Source: Macrostomum lignano
Taxonomy: Eukaryota
Direction: 5' to 3'
DNA: 64,000 nt
Assembly (NCBI GenBank): GCA_002269645.1
Contig: NIVC01001435.1
Coordinates: 62,001-126,000, forward strand
In this document: piece by piece, positions 1 through 17,347 of the stretch
How the letters are laid out: the number at the start of each line of letters is the position of its first letter
How positions within the stretch are numbered: the first letter of the stretch is position 1
Notes under the pieces: generated by a model
What the model was told of the DNA's origin: nothing
What the model saw: the letters and a program-made list of their open reading frames with translations, nothing else
The model's database searches: none
Translations under genes and position numbers: made by a program

Positions 1-890
1 ATCCTCAGAGTACCAGTTGACACCCTTAAAAGTGCCAGTTGACACCCTTAAAAGTGCCAGTTGACACCCTTAAAGTACCAGTTGACACCCTTAAAGTACC
101 AGTTGACACCCTTAAAGTACCAGTTGACACCCTTAAAGTACCAGTTGACACCCTTAAAGTACCAGTTGACACCCTTAAAGTACCAGTTGACACCCTTAAA
201 GTACCAGTTGACACCCTTAAAGTACCAGTTGACACCCTTAAAAGTACCAGTTGACACCCTTAAAAGTACCAGTTGACACCCTTAAAAGTAAAGTACCAGT
301 TGACATCCTCAGAGTACCAGTTGACATCCTCAGAGTACCAGTTGACACCCTTAAAGTACCAGTTGACACCCTTAAAGTACCAGTTGACACCCTTAAAGTA
401 CCAGTTGACACCCTTAAAAGTACCAGTTGACACCCTTAAAAGTACCAGTTGACACCCTTAAAAGTAAAGTACCAGTTGACATTTTCAGAGTACCAGTTGA
501 CACCCTTAAAAGTGCCAGCTGACACCCTTAAAAGTGCCAGTTGACACCCTTAAAAGTACCAGTTGACACCCTTAAAAGGACCAGTTGACACCCTTAAAAG
601 TACCAGTTGACACCCTTAAAAGTACCAGTTGACACCCTTAAAAGTAAAGTACCAGTTGACATCCTCAGAGTACCAGTTGACATCCTCAGAGTACCAGTTG
701 ACACCCTTAAAAGTGCCAGCTGACACCCTTAAAAGTGCCAGTTGACACCCTTAAAAGTACCAGTTGACACCCTTAAAAGGACCAGTTGACACCCTTAAAA
801 GTACCAGTTGACACCCTTAAAAGTACCAGTTGACACCCTTAAAAGTACCAGTTGACACCCTTAAAAGTGCCAGTCGACACCCTTAAAATT
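1..890. repeat. Tandem minisatellite, 21-22 bp unit GTACCAGTTGACACCCTTAAA(A)
   Basis: About 40 near-identical units read directly, with variant units containing ATCCTCAGAG. The array runs off the left edge of the window. Confidence 0.97.
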
Positions 891-1309
891 GCTGGGTGAC
901 AATGTGACTGAGCATAGTAGACTGAGCATAGTAGTACTCAGACAATAATTAATAATAAAAAACTTAAAGCTACACAAAGCGAGTAGAGACTTGGACAATG
1001 CAGTGTTGAGTGAACAAACTCCTATAAAGTTAGATCAGATACACAGGACAGCAAGCACAGAACATTGGACAATAATAAAACAAGATTGGCTAAAATATTT
1101 TACCCAGTTGAAATTAGCCCGTATTAACTATAGTCCCAATTGGACATTGCTCAGCAAATGACAATCTGAACTATAGTACAAAAGCGATTAACCTACAGAA
1201 ACAAACTTTTGTTTAATCACAACATTGCTGAGAAGAAAGGAAAAATTGCTCCAATAGCGTCGGGGCTTATTTTTTAAATAAAAAACTGTACTAAATGATA
1301 ACTGTACTC

Positions 1310-1890
1310 TTGGGAGGGCGGTGGTGGCCCAGCAACTGAGGATCTGGGAGGCTGGCCCAGCAGCTGAGGATCTGGGAGGCTGGCCCAGCAACTGAGGATC
1401 TGGGAGGGTGGCTCAGCAGCTGAGGATCTGGGAGGCTGGCTCAGCAGCTGAGGATCTGGGAGGGTGACCCAGCAGCTGAGGATCTGGGAGGCTGGTCTAG
1501 CAGCTGAGGATCTGGGAGGGTGGCTCAGCAACTGAGGATCTGGGAGGGTGGCTCAGCAACTGAGGATCTGGGAGGGTGGTCCAGCAACTGAGGATCTGGG
1601 AGGGTGGCTCAGCAACTGAGGATCTGGGAGGGTGGCTCAGCAACTGAGGATCTGGGAGGGTGGCTCAGCAACTGAGGATCTGGGAGGGTGGTCCAGCAAC
1701 TGACACTCTGGGAGGCTGGTCCAGCAACTGACACTCTGGGAGGGTGGCTCAGCAGCTGAGGATCTGGGAGGGTGGCTCAGCAGCTGATGATCTGGGAGGG
1801 TGGCTCAGCAGCTGAGGATCTGGAAGGCTGGTTCAGCAACTGAGGATCTGGGAGGGCGGCCCAGCAGCTGAGGATCTGGGAGGGTGGCGA
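1310..1890. repeat. Tandem minisatellite, 28 bp unit CAGCAACTGAGGATCTGGGAGGGTGGCT
   Basis: About 20 units, lying just downstream of the Rab11 stop codon. Confidence 0.95.
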
Positions 1891-1991
1891 TAGACAAAAT
1901 AGCAAATGCCTCAAGCAGACAGCAACAGTTCATTCAAAGTGGAACTAAGCAGAACCAGCAGTCCCAGCCAATCAGCGCATCCTGAGAGCAT

Positions 1992-4653
<2,662 letters not shown>

Positions 4654-5835
4654 GATAGCCAATTTAAGCAGATTTAAATGAAAAATAAACTTCTTTTAAA
4701 ATGAATATTTTCGAGCTTGACAAATCTAACTAAATTAAATATCGTAGATGCAGTTGCAGATTACTAGGACTTATTAATCTGTCGTCACCCGTACCGCTAA
4801 CTTCAAGCGCCAGGCTTCGCTCATCATAATAATGCCTCCGAAATAAAGAAGTTAAAATATTGGATACTTTAGCAACCGATAAAAACAAAGGTAATACATA
4901 GAAACTGTTATAAAGCTTCTATTGTACGTTGCCTGCTTCTTTTAAGCATAAACTGATATTTGAACTGATTTAAGGAGCAAAACTAAATGAAAAAACGAAT
5001 TTTGTGAAAAGCGGCTGCAGGTTTACTTAATTGTGAATCATCAGTGAGCAATCTGCGGTGTCTTTAATATTTCTGGCAACCTTGCGAAATTACTATTCTC
5101 AGATTCACGCCTAACTTAATTTTACTGTAGCCTCTCCTTCTTAAAAAGTACTACCAATTCTATAGAAAACTGAAAACCTGTATTATGGCTTTCGGGCTTG
5201 ATTTATTCGTATCCATGTGCATATGCATATCATTTTTAGTAAATTTTCTAAGTGACTACAGTGACTTACAGTGACTTTTAAATTGTTGAAAATAGAAAAC
5301 TTTTAGCGAAACGTGAACAACTACAATCCAATTTGCAGCAGTTACATGTGGCTAATAGTGTATTTAATCAAATTTAAAGTATGCATATACGAACTAGCAT
5401 ACATCTACAATTAGTTTCTATTTGTAATTGCAATATAGAAAAAAATACATATTTGCTACTTGTGCATGTACGTGTATTTTTCGAAACAGTTCGGAATATC
5501 ATTCAACTTCTTTTCATCCCAAATCAACTTCTGTTAATCGTAGCCTAAATATTCTCGTTCATTCATATTCACAGACTTGTCCCAAAAATGTCCCTAGGAA
5601 TGTACAAGAGAAGTACATTCCATATAAATTTCATTCAAATCCATCTATCTAATCCTGCAGCCAATCATCTTATTCTCAAATATTAGGCAAACATGAGCAT
5701 GCAAACATACATGCATACACGCAAAACATACACGCATAAGTGTACAATGCAATGATGCGAGACTTAAAAGTACACGTACGATTACAAAGGAAAGAATCTC
5801 TGATATGCAAAAAACGTCTCACTATTTTATAGTCT

Positions 5836-8800
5836 TCAATTTTTCTTAGCTAGTGGCAGCTGCGGCTTTTTTAGCTTTCCCTTTGGGATTTGCGGAGGAC
5901 GCGAAGGCCCAGCAGCGCCTTGACCACTGTTGAATTGCTGCACCATGGCGTGCACCGACAAGGGCTGGCTGCTAGACGTGGCATCTGGCTTCGATGTTGT
6001 CGGCTTTGACGTCGGTTTAGCTGGTTTCTTTGCTGGTACAGGTGTCGGTTTTGACACAGGTGTCGGTTTTGGCACTGGTGTCGGTTTTGTTACAGAAGTC
6101 GGTTTCGGCACAGGTGCCGGTTTTGGCACTGGTGTCGGTTTCGGCACAGGTGCCGGTTTTGGCACTGGTGTCGGTTTTGGCACAGGTACCGGTTTTGGCA
6201 CTGGTGTCGGTTTTGGCACAGGTGTCGGTTTCGGCACAGGTGCCGGTTTTGGCATTGGTGTCGGTTTCGACACAGGTGTTGGAACAGTTGTAGGTTTCAG
6301 CACAGATGTCGGTTTCGGTACAGTAGCCGGTTTCGACACAGGTGTCGGTTTCGGCACAGGTGTCGGCTGCGAATTCGACGCCGCCTTGAGCATCTGCTGA
6401 GAAATTGGCTGCACCACCGGATTCGGTCTCCGAGGCGATGATGGCACAGACCTAGTAGGTGACAATGGGTTTCTGGAGGCTCTGCTCAAAGCAAAATAAC
6501 AGAATTTAGCATAAGTCCGGCCCTCCCACACGATCTATCAAAGGCCTCACCTTGAAGGTGTCTCCAACGGGCTGCTGATCTTGGGTCGAACGCTGGTCGA
6601 AACCTGCGCTGTCTGCGACGCCTTCACCGACGACGGTCTAGGACGACGCCGACGCCGACCGCTGAGCAGGCGCGCCAGCCTCGACACCAGCGGCGGCGGC
6701 TGCTGCCAGCATCGGCTGCTGCGGCTTCCTCCGCCACCTCGGACTGCAACGCAGGCAGCTGCGGCCGCTGCCGCCAGGCAAAGCAGGCTGATCAGAACTG
6801 CGGCTATGATGCCACCTGTGCTCAGACCACTTCCTGGCGGGCCCGCTGGTCCGCTGTCGATGCTACCCCCGTTGCCTGGCCAGAGACAATCGGGTGGATC
6901 AAAGCCGGCCGGGCAGTGGCAGTTGCCGCGCGTGTTCACCACTCCGCCGTTGTAGCAGACGCCGGTTGCGACAGTCCGGTTGCGAACTCCCGACGCCGAC
7001 TGGCAAGCCCCGTCGAGGCACATACGCTCGCCGCTGCCTGCGCTGTCCACGTCGCAACGCGCCCCGTTCGGCACCAGATCCGGGCCCCGAACCGTCGGGC
7101 TGTAGTTGCACCCGACGGCGGTGCAGCTGCGGCCGCCCGACGTCTGCACCTCGTGGCAGGAGGCCCCGGGCCCGGAGGGAAACTGACTGCGAAGATTGGC
7201 GCACATCAGCTTTTCGCATTGGGAGCCGAAAGGCTGACCGAGCGGGCACCAGGCTCGCTGTCGGTTTGGGTTTCGGGGGTGAGTGCGTACGAGTATTGGG
7301 CGACAGAATAATTGATATATAGAGGGTAAAACAGAAGCGTAGAACCGTAGCATGACACCCCGGCGCAGACTCTCCAGTTTCTGGCTGACAGACGGCGTCC
7401 AACTGATGACTCACCCAGTCCAGGGCCAGCTCCTGATCCGGCTTTTTTGAATGATAATCAAAGAGCAAATTGAAGCTTATAAAGGACATGATTTCAATGC
7501 TGTCATCGTATAAAGCTTCGAGTCGAGGAGTGGCAACAATGCTTTGACAGCATGAAGTCCTCGTAACCGACCGATAGGCATTCTACTGGCAACTCAGTCG
7601 CTATTGATTGGGATCAGTTACATTTGCTACCGATTTGTAAGAGCGTATGGCTACTGTATAACCAGTTATCACTGTGCGCTTGTGCATGCATCCTCGAGCT
7701 CAAAGGAAGGTGCAGCAGGCTTCAGATCCGCGTCATTAGAAGGCAACCAGTCAAATATAAGTCTCACTCACAGCGTCCTCGGCAGTTGCGCCCCAGAGCA
7801 GCTGGCAGAGCGCCAACGCTGAGCCGCAGACTCCGCCAGCGCAGAAGTTGCTACCGCACGGCGTCCCATCTCTGGCGGCCACGTCGGCTGGGCAGGCGGC
7901 TCCGGTGCCGTCACAGAACTCGGGCAGGTCGCACTGGTCGACTGCGGCGCGGCAAACAGTGCCAGTCTGGTGCGGCTGGCAGACGGTCAGGTCGCAGCAG
8001 CGGCCGGCCGCGCAGGTGGCGTTCCCGGCTAGCTGGCAGGTGGCGGCGTCGCAGCAGACGTTGCTTCTGTTGGGGATGCGGAGGGGAGGGAGGGACTGCG
8101 TAGCTTAGCGGTAGACGCATCCGACTCTATCGCAGAGGGGAGGGAGGGACAGCGTAGCTTAGCGGTAGACGCATCCGACTCTATCGCAGAGGGGAGGGAG
8201 GGACTGCGTAGCTTAGCGGTAGACGCATCCGACTCTATCGCAGAGGGGAGGGAGGGACAGCGTAGCTGAGCGGTAGGCGCGTCTGACTCTATCGCAGAGG
8301 GGAGGGAGGGACAGCGTAGCTGAGCGGTAGACGCGTCCGACTCTATCGCAGAGGGGAGGGAGGGACAGCGTAGCTTAGCGGTAGGCGCGTCTGATTCTAC
8401 CGCAGAGGGGAGGGAGGGACAGCGTAGCTGAGCGGTAGGCGCGTCTGAATCTATCGCAGAGGGGAGGGAGGGACAGCGTAGCTTAGCGGTAGGCGCGTCT
8501 GACTCTATCGCAGAGGGGAGGGAGGGACAGCGTAGCTTAGCGGTAGGCGCGTCTGACTCTATCGCAGAGGGGAGGGAGGGACAGCGTAGCTTAGCGGTAG
8601 GCGCGTCTGACTCTATCGCAGAGGGGAGGGAGGGACAGCGTAGCTTAGCGGTAGGCGCGTCTGACTCTATCGCAGAGGGGAGGGAGGGACAGCGTAGCTG
8701 AGCGGTAGACGCGTCTGACTATCGCAGAGGGGAGGGAGGGACAGCGTAGCTTAGCGGTAGGCGTGTCTTACTCTATCGCAGAGGGGAGGGAGGGACAGCG

Positions 8801-11800
8801 TAGCTGAGCGGTAGACGCGTCTGACTATCGCAGAGGGGAGGGAGGGACAGCGTAGCTTAGCGGTAGGCGTGTCTTACTCTATCGCAGAGGGGAGGGAGGG
8901 ACAGCGTAGCTGAGCGGTAGACGCGTCCGACTGTAAAGTTACTTTTGTATATTGTAAAGTTATATTGTAAAGTTACTATGAGTAGTATTCGTGGAAACTG
9001 GACAGTGTGGCACTATCAAAACCAAATCCAACGCAAATCGTCACCATCTCACTAGGTAGATTTCGCAGCCACAAAATTGGAACTCACGAATCGCCGACTC
9101 CGCCGCGGCAGCCGCTCTCGCCGCCGCAGTCGCAGGCCTCGCCGGGCTCCAGGATGCCGTTGCCGCAGACGGCTGTCGGAGAATTCGCCGCGACTGGCAG
9201 GCGAAAGTCGCCCCAGGCGGTCGATTCCGGCCGCGGCAGCAGCAGGCAGTGCCTAAAGCCGGAGTCCAGGAAGTCCACCAGGGCGTCAACTGAGCAGCTC
9301 GACCAGCCGATGTGGCGCCAGTCGGTGATGGGGTGAGCAGTCGAACTCATCACGCAGGCTGAGGTGGGGCAGCCGCAGGCTCTGCCTGGATACTCGTCGT
9401 CGTGATTGACGCCCAGGTTGTGAGCCAGCTCGTGCGCCATCACCAGGCCGGTGGTGGCGAATATCCCGGATTTGTGGCTCGACTGAGTTTTATTAGGGAG
9501 TCATTGTGTTCAAATGAGTCACTGTGTTCTAATGGGTCATTGTGTTCTAATGGGTCACTGTGTTCTAATGGGTCACTGTGTTCTAATGGGTCACTGTGTT
9601 CTAATGGGTCACTGTGTTCTAATGGGTCACTGTGTTCTAATGGGTCACTGTGTTCTAATGGGTCACTGTGTTCTAATGGGTCACTGTGTTCTAATGGGTC
9701 ACTGTGTTCTAATGGGTCACTGTGTTCTAATGGGTCACTGTGTTCTAATGGGTCACTGTGTTCTAATGGGTCACTGTGTTCTAATGGGTCACTGTGTTCT
9801 AATGGGTCACTGTGTTCTAATGAGTCACTGTGTTCAAATGAGTCACTGTGTTCAAATGAGTCACTAAGTTGCAATTAATCACAAAGCCATTGGGTCACTG
9901 TGCCAAAAAGATTTGGCACTTACCACTGAGAATCCGGCGCAATCTCTCCTTGAGCACATGGTCATTAGCGACGCGAGTCCCGTTGTGGAGCCGTAGTACG
10001 GCCTGCCACTGAAAATGAGTAGCACTCGGGAATTATGAGGGTGGTTTGTTGATGATGAATCCTGGAAGGGGTTGGTCGATGATGGATTCTGGGGGTGATT
10101 GTTGGATGATGGATTCTGGGGATAGTTAGTTGATGATGGATTCTGGGGATAGTTAGTTGATGATGGATTCTGGGGGGTGATTGTTGGATGATGGATTCTG
10201 GGGATATTTAGCTGATTATGGATCCTGGGGGTAGTTAGTTGATGATGGATTCTAGGGATAGTTAGTTGATGATGGATTCTAGGGATAGTTAGTTGATGAT
10301 GGATTCTTCGGATAGTTAGTTGATGATGGATTCTGGGGGCATTTAGTTGATGATGGATTCTTCGGATAGTTAGTTGATGATGGATTCTGGGGGTATTTAG
10401 TTGATGATGAATTCTTCGGATAGTTAGTTGATGATGAATTCTGGAGGTATTTAGTTGATGATGGATTCTGGGGATAGTTAGTTGATGATGGATTCTGGGG
10501 ATAGTTAGTTGATGATGGATTCTGGGGATAGTTAGTTGATGATGGATTCTGGGGATAGTTAGTTGATGATGGATTCTGGGGATAGTTAGTTGATGATGGA
10601 TTCTGGGGGGTGATTGTTGGATGATGGATTCTGGGGATATTTAGCTGATTATGGATCCTGGGGGTAGTTAGTTGATGATGGATTCTTCGGATAGTTAGTT
10701 GATAATGGATTCTGGGGGCATTTAGTTGATGATGGATTCTTCGGATAGTTAGTTGATGATGGATTCTGGGGTATTTAGTTGATGATGAATTCTTCGGATA
10801 GTTAGTTGATGATGAATTCTGGAGGTATTTAGTTGATGATGGATTCTGGGGATAGTTAGTTGATGATGGATTCTGGGGATAGTTAGTTGATGATGGATTC
10901 TGGGGATAGTTAGTTGATGATGGATTCTGGGGATAGTTAGTTGATGATGGATTCTGGGGATAGTTAGTTGATGATGGATTCTGGGGATAGTTAGTTGATG
11001 ATGGATTCTGGGGATAGTTAGTTGATGATGGATTCTGGGGATATTTAGTTGATTATGGATTCTGGGGGTGATTGGTTGATGATGGATTCTGGGGATAGTT
11101 AGTTGATGATGGATTCTGGGGATAGTTAGTTGATGATGGATTCTGGGGGTGATTGTTGGATGATGGATTCTGGGGATATTTAGCTGATTATGGATCCTGG
11201 GGTAGTTAGTTGATGATGGATTCTTCGGATAGTTAGTTGATGATGGATTCTTCGGATAGTTAGTTGATGATGGATTCTGGGGGCATTTAGTTGATGATGG
11301 ATTCTTCGGATAGTTAGTTGATGATGAATTCTGGAGGTATTTAGTTGATGATGGATTCTGGAGGTATTTAGTTGATGATGGATTCTTCGGATAGTTAGTT
11401 GATGATGAATTCTGGAGGTATTTAGTTGATGATGGATTCTGGGGATAGTTAGTTGATGATGGATTCTGGGGATAGTTAGTTGATGATGGATTCTGGGGAT
11501 AGTTAGTTGATGATGGATTCTGGGGATAGTTAGTTGATTATGGATTCTGGGGATAGTTAGTTGATTATGGATTCTGGGGGGTGATTGGTTGATGATGGAT
11601 TCTGGGGATAGTTAGTTGATGATGGATTCTGGGGATAGTTAGTTGATGATGGATTCTGGGGGGTGATTGTTGGATGATGGATTCTGGGGATATTTAGCTG
11701 ATTATGGATCCTGGGGGTAGTTAGTTGATGATGGATTCTTCGGATAGTTAGTTGATGATGAATTCTGGAGGTATTTAGTTGATGATGGATTCTGGGGATA

Positions 11801-14800
11801 GTTAGTTGATGATGGATTCTGGGGATAGTTAGTTGATGATGGATTCTGGGGATAGTTAGTTGATGATGGATTCTGGGGATAGTTAGTTGATTATGGATTC
11901 TGGGGATAGTTAGTTGATTATGGATTCTGGGGGGTGATTGGTTGATGATGGATTCTGGGGATAGTTAGTTGATGATGGATTCTGGGGATAGTTAGTTGAT
12001 GATGGATTCTGGGGGGTGATTGTTGGATGATGGATTCTGGGGATATTTAGCTGATTATGGATCCTGGGGGTAGTTAGTTGATGATGGATTCTTCGGATAG
12101 TTAGTTGATGATGGATTCTTCGGATAGTTAGTTGATGATGGATTCTGGGGGCATTTAGTTGATGATGGATTCTTCGGATAGTTAGTTGATGATGAATTCT
12201 GGAGGTATTTAGTTGATGATGGATTCTGGAGGTATTTAGTTGATGATGGATTCTTCGGATAGTTAGTTGATGATGAATTCTGGAGGTATTTAGTTGATGA
12301 TGGATTCTGGGGATAGTTAGTTGATGATGGATTCTGGGGATAGTTAGTTGATGATGGATTCTGGGGATAGTTAGTTGATGATGGATTCTGGGGATAGTTA
12401 GTTGATTATGGATTATGGGGATAGTTAGTTGATTATGGATTCTGGGGGGTGATTGGTTGATGATGGATTCTGGGGGGGGGTGATTGGTTGATGATGGGTT
12501 CTGGGGGGTGATTGGTTGATGATGGATTCTGGGGGGGGGGTGATTGGTTGATGATGGGTTCTGGGAGGGTTGGTTGATGATGCATTCTGGGAGGGGTTGG
12601 TTGATGATGGATTCTGGGAGGTGGTTTATGATTGTTAATGATAGGTTTTTGGGAAATGTTGCAACACGGGTTTTAGCTTCAATAGTTCAGCCCATTTGAC
12701 TTACTTAAGCAGGTGAATGCAGTCGAATTCGATGTACTCGGGAATTTGCTTAGAATACTTCTTCACCAAATCCAACGTGCTGGATGCGTTGTTGCGCTGA
12801 TTGGTGAAGTCATAGCCGTACTTCGTTCTGGTGTGAATTTCCAAGGCGCTCACCACGATGTGCACATTGAACCGGCGATACATCTGATTTGGATGGATGA
12901 TTTAATAGAGGGTTGGGTCAGTTTTACTACTGCTTTCAGTAGGCATTACTGGAAATTTAACCCAGCTAGGGAACTGGAGAGAGGGTTATATCAAATCACT
13001 AAGGATCGGGGAAGAGGGTAACATCAAATCACTAAGGATCGGGGAAGAGGGTAACATCAAATCACTAGGATCGGGAAGAGGGTAACATCAAATCACTAAG
13101 GATCGGGGAAGAGGGTAACATCAAATCACTAAGGATCGGGGGAGAGGGTAACATCAAATCACTAAGGATCGGGGGAGAGGGTAACATCAAATCACTAAGG
13201 ATCGGGGGAGAGGGTAACATCAAATCACTAAGGATCGGGGAAGAGGGTAACATCAAATCACTAGGATCGGGAAGAGGGTAACATCAAATCACTAAGGATC
13301 GGGGAAGAGGGTAACATCAAATCACTAGGATCGGGAAGAGGGTAACATCACGGCCAAGTGGCTCGTCCTACTCACATTGTTCACAATGCTCACAATGCTC
13401 TGCACAGCGTCAATCACGGCCGATGAACTTGAGGCCTGGATTTGGTACTGAAAAATGCAAACAGGAAATGCGGCTCGGTTGCCAAGGCTATTTGTTCTGT
13501 TGCTAAGCAACCATCAATGGCAGTTAAATTTGGACCGATGCCTTAATTAGAATGTTTGAATTGTCAGGAGAGGTAGACGAGATTCGACCATCTTCCTGCC
13601 CTAAACCTGCCGTTGTATCTGTGCAGTCGCATTTGTATATTCAAATGAGTGCCCCTTGACTGCAGTGAGCTGATGTCTGTTCGTTGCCTATGAGGTTGTG
13701 CCTAATTCTTATACTAATATTAGCATACGAGCGTAATGCTAGAGGATTGTAGCCCAGTGGTTAGAGCGTCGGACTCACGAATTTAAGGTCGGGGGTTCGA
13801 TTCCCAATCCCACTGGAACAATTTGTGTCCTTGAGCAAGACACTTAACTCTGCATTGCTTCAGTTCACCCAGCTTTAAAATGGGTGCCAGCATTAGCTGG
13901 GATAACTGAGGTTAGGTGTGGCGACCCCCCAGTCCTTGGACTGAACAGCCGTACGCAGCCTTCAGATGCGCCGCGCAAATAGCTGCGGAGCTGTCGGTTG
14001 CACAACTGTCTATTAGGGCAGGTGTAATCAACTATGTAATACTAAGAACAACAGAAAGTTAACTCTAAGTAGTAATGCTTATCAAAATATAGCCATCAAA
14101 GTTTGGCTTTGTAAAGTACTCGGTAGAGCACTCGGTAGAGCACTCAGATGAGCACTCGGTAGAACACTCAGATGAGCACTCGGTAGAGCACTCAGATGAG
14201 CACTCAGATGAGCACTCAGATGAACACTCTGTAAATCATCCTTGAGGGCATTGAGCAGGGCACTCAATACCTAATTACCAATCAGCCCACCAGCTGTCAC
14301 CGTGGCATTCAATCCGCAACTTACAAATCCGCTGTCTGCAATGATGTAGAGCTGCAAAATGAACGGGCCGTGTCGAGTCAGAACTGGCCGCGACAAGTCC
14401 AGCCTGATTGCCCGATTCTGGCTCACTGACCGCCGGCTGCGTCTCTGTTTGGCGATTTTAAAGCGATTTTACGTGAAATTTACTTCGGAGTACTCTGGCG
14501 ATCTCTAGTGTACTCTGGCGATCTCTAGTGTACTCTGGCAATCTCTAGTGTACTCTGGCGATCTCTAGTGTACTCTGGCGATCTCTAGCGTACTCTGGCG
14601 ATCTCTAGCGTACTCTGGCGATCTCTAGTGTACTCTGGCGATCTCTAGTGTACTCTGGCGATCTCTAGTGTACTCTGGCGATCTCTAGTGTACTCTGGCG
14701 ATCTCTAGTGTACTCTGGCGATCTCTAGTGTACTCTGGCGATCTCTAGTGTACTCTGGCGATCTCTAGTGTACTCTGGCGATCTCTAGTGTACTCTGGCG

Positions 14801-17250
14801 ATCTCTAGTGTACTCTGGCGATCTCTAGTGTACTCTGGCGATCTCTAGTGTACTCTGGCGATCTCTAGTGTACTCTGGCGATCTCTAGTGTACTCTGGCG
14901 ATCTCTAGTGTACTATAGTTATCTCTATCGTATTTTTAATGTAACCCACTAGTAGCCTAGTTGCTGACTAATGTGCCTCACACAGATATATTAATGTCAA
15001 TTTCACCTGAACCAGCAGGCCATGAAACAAGTATAGCTTAGCCTTGCCACATCTTAATTGAATCTAATTAAAGCCGTGCAAAGCTGGTTGCAGCCGCTTT
15101 CGCCACTATCAGATTTCAGGTGTGTGTGTGAGTGTGTGGGTGTGTGAAAAACCATGATGCATATGGAAAAGCTGCGCTCGTACTGGCTGCTTTATTGCAC
15201 TCAGAATTAGACAGCACTGGCTAGCAACTTTCTGATGCTGAGTTAGCCAGCCTGTTTATAAATATGCCATGTTTACACTATTGACAATTCCATAGTCCTC
15301 TGCCAGAATAGCTAACGTACAGTAGCTGTGCAGGCGCTATTCGATTCAAGTTGAGGTGTCCAAGGGTTCTGAAAAACCTATTTGTCACAAAACTCGCGAG
15401 CTGTCTCACTGAAGAGTCACAGAGGGGTAAGCTGTCTCACTGAAGAGTCACAGAGGGGTAAGCTGTCTCACTGAAGAGTCACAGAGGGGTAAGCTGTCTC
15501 ACTGAAGAGTCACAGAGGGGTAAGCTGTCTCACTGAAGAGTCACAGAGGGGTAAGCTGTCTCACTGAAGAGTCACAGAGGGGTAAGCTGTCTCACTGAAG
15601 AGTCACAGAGGGGTAAGCTGTCTCACTGAAGAGTCACAGAGGGGTAAGCTGTCTCACTGAAGAGTCACAGAGGGGTAAGCTGTCTCACTGAAGAGTCACA
15701 GAGGGGTAAGCTGTCTCACTGAAGAGTCACAGAGGGGTAAGCTGTCTCACTGAAGAGTCACAGAGGGGTAAGCTGTCTCACTGAAGAGTCACAGAGGGAT
15801 AAGCTGTCTCACTGAAGAGTCACAGAGAGCTGTGGCGACCAGTCACTTACAGTATGTTTCAGTATTATTCATTTTGTCTTAGTTTTTAGACAAGGTAAAA
15901 TTTTACCAAAATCGCACTGGACTTACCAGTTGAACACTTCCGCCTAACATCTGAGCCACTTTTGACGGGGTCACTGGAATACGTTGAGTTGCGCTCTTTT
16001 GTAATGCAGTCACAATCATTAGTGAGCAGCACCTGAATTACCGCATCAGGTTAATTAGCCTTCACCCAAAGCTTACTTGAGGATATTCGTCTGGCCAGCC
16101 TCTCCTGAGCTGATTCAAGCTTCATCCTCTGCCACTTATTGTCCGCCACAGGGTACAGGCTGACCTGATAAAGCGGCCAGCTGGACCTGCCGAACCTCAA
16201 CCTGTGCCCAGTGGGTCGAATATGACCCAGGTACGTCGAACTGATTGGCAGAGTGCCGCTGCAAGTTGGGCGAATTTGGCTTGCAGTCTGGGTCTCGTGT
16301 GTTTGTCTGTGTGTCTTTGTATCTGTGTGTCTAGTGTGTCTATCTGTGTGTCTTTGTGTCTGTGTGTCTAGTGTGTCTGTCTGTGTGTCTTTGTGTCTGT
16401 GTGTCTCGTGTGTCTGTCTGTGTCTTTGTGTCTTTGTGTCTCGTGTGTCTGTCTGTGTGTCTAGTGTGTCTGTCTGTGTGTCTTTTTGTCTGTGTGTCTA
16501 ATGTGTCTGTCTGTGTCTTTGTGTCTGTGTGTCTAGTGTGTCTGTCTGTGTCTTTGTGTCTGTGTGTCTAGTGTGTCTGTCTGTGTCTTTGTGTCTGTGT
16601 GTCTAGTGTGTCTGTCTGTGTGTCTTTGTGTCTGTGTGTCTAGTGTGTCTGTCTGTGTGTCTTTGTGTCTGTGTGTCTCGTGTGTCTGTCTGTGTCTTTG
16701 TGTCTGTGTGTCTCGTGTGTCTGTCTGTGTGTCTTTGTGTCTGTGTGTCTAGTGTGTCTGTCTGTGTGTCTTTGTGTCTGTGTGTCTAGTGTGTCTGTCT
16801 GTGTGTCTTTGTGTCTGTGTGTCTAGTGTGTCTGTCTGTGTGTCTTTGTGTCTGTGTGTCTAGTGTGTCTGTCTGTGTGTCTTTGTGTCTGTGTGTCTAG
16901 TGTGTCTGTCTGTGTGTCTTTGTGTCTGTGTGTCTAGTGTGTCTGTCTGTGTGTCTTTGTGTCTGTGTGTCTAGTGTGTCTGTCTGTGTGTCTCGTGTGT
17001 CTGTCTGTGTCTTTGTGTCTGTGTGTCTAGTGTGTCTGTCTGTGTGTCTCGTGTGTCTGTCTGTGTCTTTGTGTCTGTGTGTCTAGTGTGTCTGTCTGTG
17101 TGTCTCGTGTGTCTGTCTGTGTCTTTGTGTCTGTGTGTCTAGTGTGTCTGTCTGTGTGTCTCGTGTGTCTGTCTGTGTCTTTGTGTCTGTGTGTCTAGTG
17201 TGTCTTTCTGTGTGTCTCGTGTGTCTAGTGTGTCTGTCTGTCTGTCTGTG

Positions 17251-17285
<35 letters not shown>

Positions 17286-17302
17286 GTGTCTGTCTGTCTG
17301 TG

Positions 17303-17347
<45 letters not shown>

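Noticed and set aside
26-276. ORFs in tandem arrays (also 9402-9878, 13065-13256, 16253-17489, 33065-33573, 37606-37992 and 62431-63754)
   Set aside because: They are open only because the repeat units lack stop codons. They lie in introns or intergenic DNA and have no coding signals.
5930-6400. Gly-rich plus-strand ORF (GFGTG repeats) resembling an antifreeze or silk protein
   Set aside because: It is the antisense shadow of the ADAM Pro-rich exon.
13741-13815. Possible tRNA gene (also 43066-43140)
   Set aside because: There is no proper acceptor stem, and the sequence continues into a shared SINE body.
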